Assembly (NCBI GenBank): GCA_964506725.1
Contig: CAZDLU010000008.1
Coordinates: forward strand, 73 to 64,072
Length of the DNA: 64,000 bases
Direction of reading: 5' to 3'
From: an uncultured Rhizobium sp.
GTDB lineage: Bacteria > Pseudomonadota > Alphaproteobacteria > Rickettsiales > UBA1997
The position numbers and the translations under genes are program-made. Positions 62,912 to 64,000 of this stretch are shown piece by piece (positions within the stretch are counted from its first letter, which is position 1; each line of letters begins with the position of its first letter). The notes below the pieces were generated by a model that worked only from the letters and a program-made list of their open reading frames with translations, was not told the DNA's origin and did not search any database.

Positions 62912-62981
62912 GTCATGCTGAGCCTGTCGAAGCATGACTTTGCTTTCGAGTAATGTCATGCTTCGACAGGCTCAGCATGAC
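62912..62981. repeat. family-2 palindromic element in the gcvT-gcvH spacer
   Basis: gtcatgctgagcctgtcgaagcatgac (62912-62938) and its reverse complement gtcatgcttcgacaggctcagcatgac (62955-62981). Confidence 0.85.
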
Positions 62982-62988
62982 TACTAAA

Positions 62989-64000
62989 TTATTTTTTCGC
63001 AGTTTTAGTTCTTGCAGCCACAAACGTAGGTGACTGTAGGATCGCTGGGATGGCGCGGTCTCTTACAATTGCCTGAACTTCGTCGCCGACCTTAGCCATA
63101 CTAGTGTCGAAATAGCCTTGGCCGATGGAAGTTTTTAAGTTGGGTGAAAAGCCACCGGAACTTAAGAACCCGATTTTTTTACCATCTTTAGTTTGAATTT
63201 CCGTTCCTTCGCGCGCGATGCCGCGGTCTAATAATTTTACGCCGATTCTTTTTCTTTTTACGCCTTCAACTTTTTCTTTTAAAATTCGGTCAGCACCGAT
63301 GAAAGTTGTGTTAGTTTTGCTAATTACCCAACCTAGAGCCGCCTCGATTGGCGAAGTTGTGTCGTCTAAATCATGGCCGTAAAGCGGATAGCCGACTTCA
63401 AGACGTAAAGAGTCGCGAGCGCCCAAACCGATTGGCTTTACTTCCGTTTGTGCAGACAAATCAAGCCAAAATTTTGGTGCAGAATCATTTTTAATTGAAA
63501 CTTCAAAACCGTCTTCGCCTGTGTAGCCTGTACGGCTGACAAAAACTTCTTCACCAGTTTTTAATTTATAAAAACCGATATTCATGTATGGTAAATCGGC
63601 TAAATTTTTATCAACGAATCTATTTAAAACTTCTTCCGCTTTAGCGCCTTGCACCGCGATTAAAGAGCGGTCGTCAAGTGCCGTAAATTTAATATTTGAA
63701 GGTAAATTCTTTCTAATCCAAGCTGAATCTTTTTCTTTGCAACCGGCGTTTAACACGATGAAGAACTTAGTATCTGTAAGTTTAGTAATGATTAAATCAT
63801 CAATAATTCCGCCGTTTTCATTTGTTAAAACTGTGTATTTTGCAAGGTTTGGCGTGCTTAAAGTAAAATCAGTCGGCGTAATTTTTGACAGGAATTGCGC
63901 CACATTTTCGCCTTCAATAAAAAATTGTCCCATGTGCGAAACGTCGAAGATGCCGACATTGTCAGCGCGCACCCACTCATGCTCTTTCAACATTCCTTCT
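62989..64000 (-). CDS. gcvT: glycine cleavage system aminomethyltransferase T (5' end outside the window)
   Basis: GIFDVSHMGQF, RTGYTGEDGFE, GLGARDSLRLE. The reading frame stays open to the window edge, and the conserved N-terminal ~40 aa are missing. Confidence 0.9.
   Translation of the reverse strand, partial: EGMLKEHEWVRADNVGIFDVSHMGQFFIEGENVAQFLSKITPTDFTLSTPNLAKYTVLTNENGGIIDDLIITKLTDTKFFIVLNAGCKEKDSAWIRKNLPSNIKFTALDDRSLIAVQGAKAEEVLNRFVDKNLADLPYMNIGFYKLKTGEEVFVSRTGYTGEDGFEVSIKNDSAPKFWLDLSAQTEVKPIGLGARDSLRLEVGYPLYGHDLDDTTSPIEAALGWVISKTNTTFIGADRILKEKVEGVKRKRIGVKLLDRGIAREGTEIQTKDGKKIGFLSSGGFSPNLKTSIGQGYFDTSMAKVGDEVQAIVRDRAIPAILQSPTFVAARTKTAKK

Overview
AT-rich, gene-dense bacterial chromosomal window. 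It looks like an intracellular alphaproteobacterium of the Rickettsiales/Holosporales kind. This is an inference from three things: a long Rickettsia-type Icd, ~120-bp palindromic elements sitting in and between genes much like Rickettsia palindromic elements (RPEs), and giant ankyrin-containing repeat proteins. 1-21 kb holds housekeeping and envelope genes: lnt, two paralogous GT-C-like membrane proteins, icd, an MscS channel, a dTDP-sugar/glycosyltransferase cluster with an embedded HEPN-MNT toxin-antitoxin pair, argB, transporters and galE. 21.2-31.4 kb holds a plant-MSH1-like MutS + GIY-YIG fusion flanked by two large modular effector-like proteins. 31.5-42.7 kb holds arsC, a GltS-like FMN protein, a PoxB-like enzyme, a class II amidotransferase, a phytochelatin-synthase-like protein, and cyoABCDE peppered with palindromic elements, one of them in frame inside cyoC. 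43.4-62.3 kb is a composite island with no integrase, abutting tRNA-Ser(UGA). It is partitioned by four diverged direct copies of a 230-550 bp repeat that ends in tRNA-3'-like sequence. Its cargo is a SAM methyltransferase plus an internally duplicated unknown protein, a 1397-aa STAND-like NTPase, AbiEi/AbiEii, an MNT-HEPN fusion, a 3'-truncated type III-like mod abutting an HMA-less copA, pcoA/pcoB-like genes, a His-rich repeat protein, and acr3-arsC-arsR. The right edge carries gcvH and a partial gcvT. I recognised no rRNA, CRISPR array, transposase or integrase. All homology statements come from reading the translated ORFs against remembered family signatures; no database search was run.
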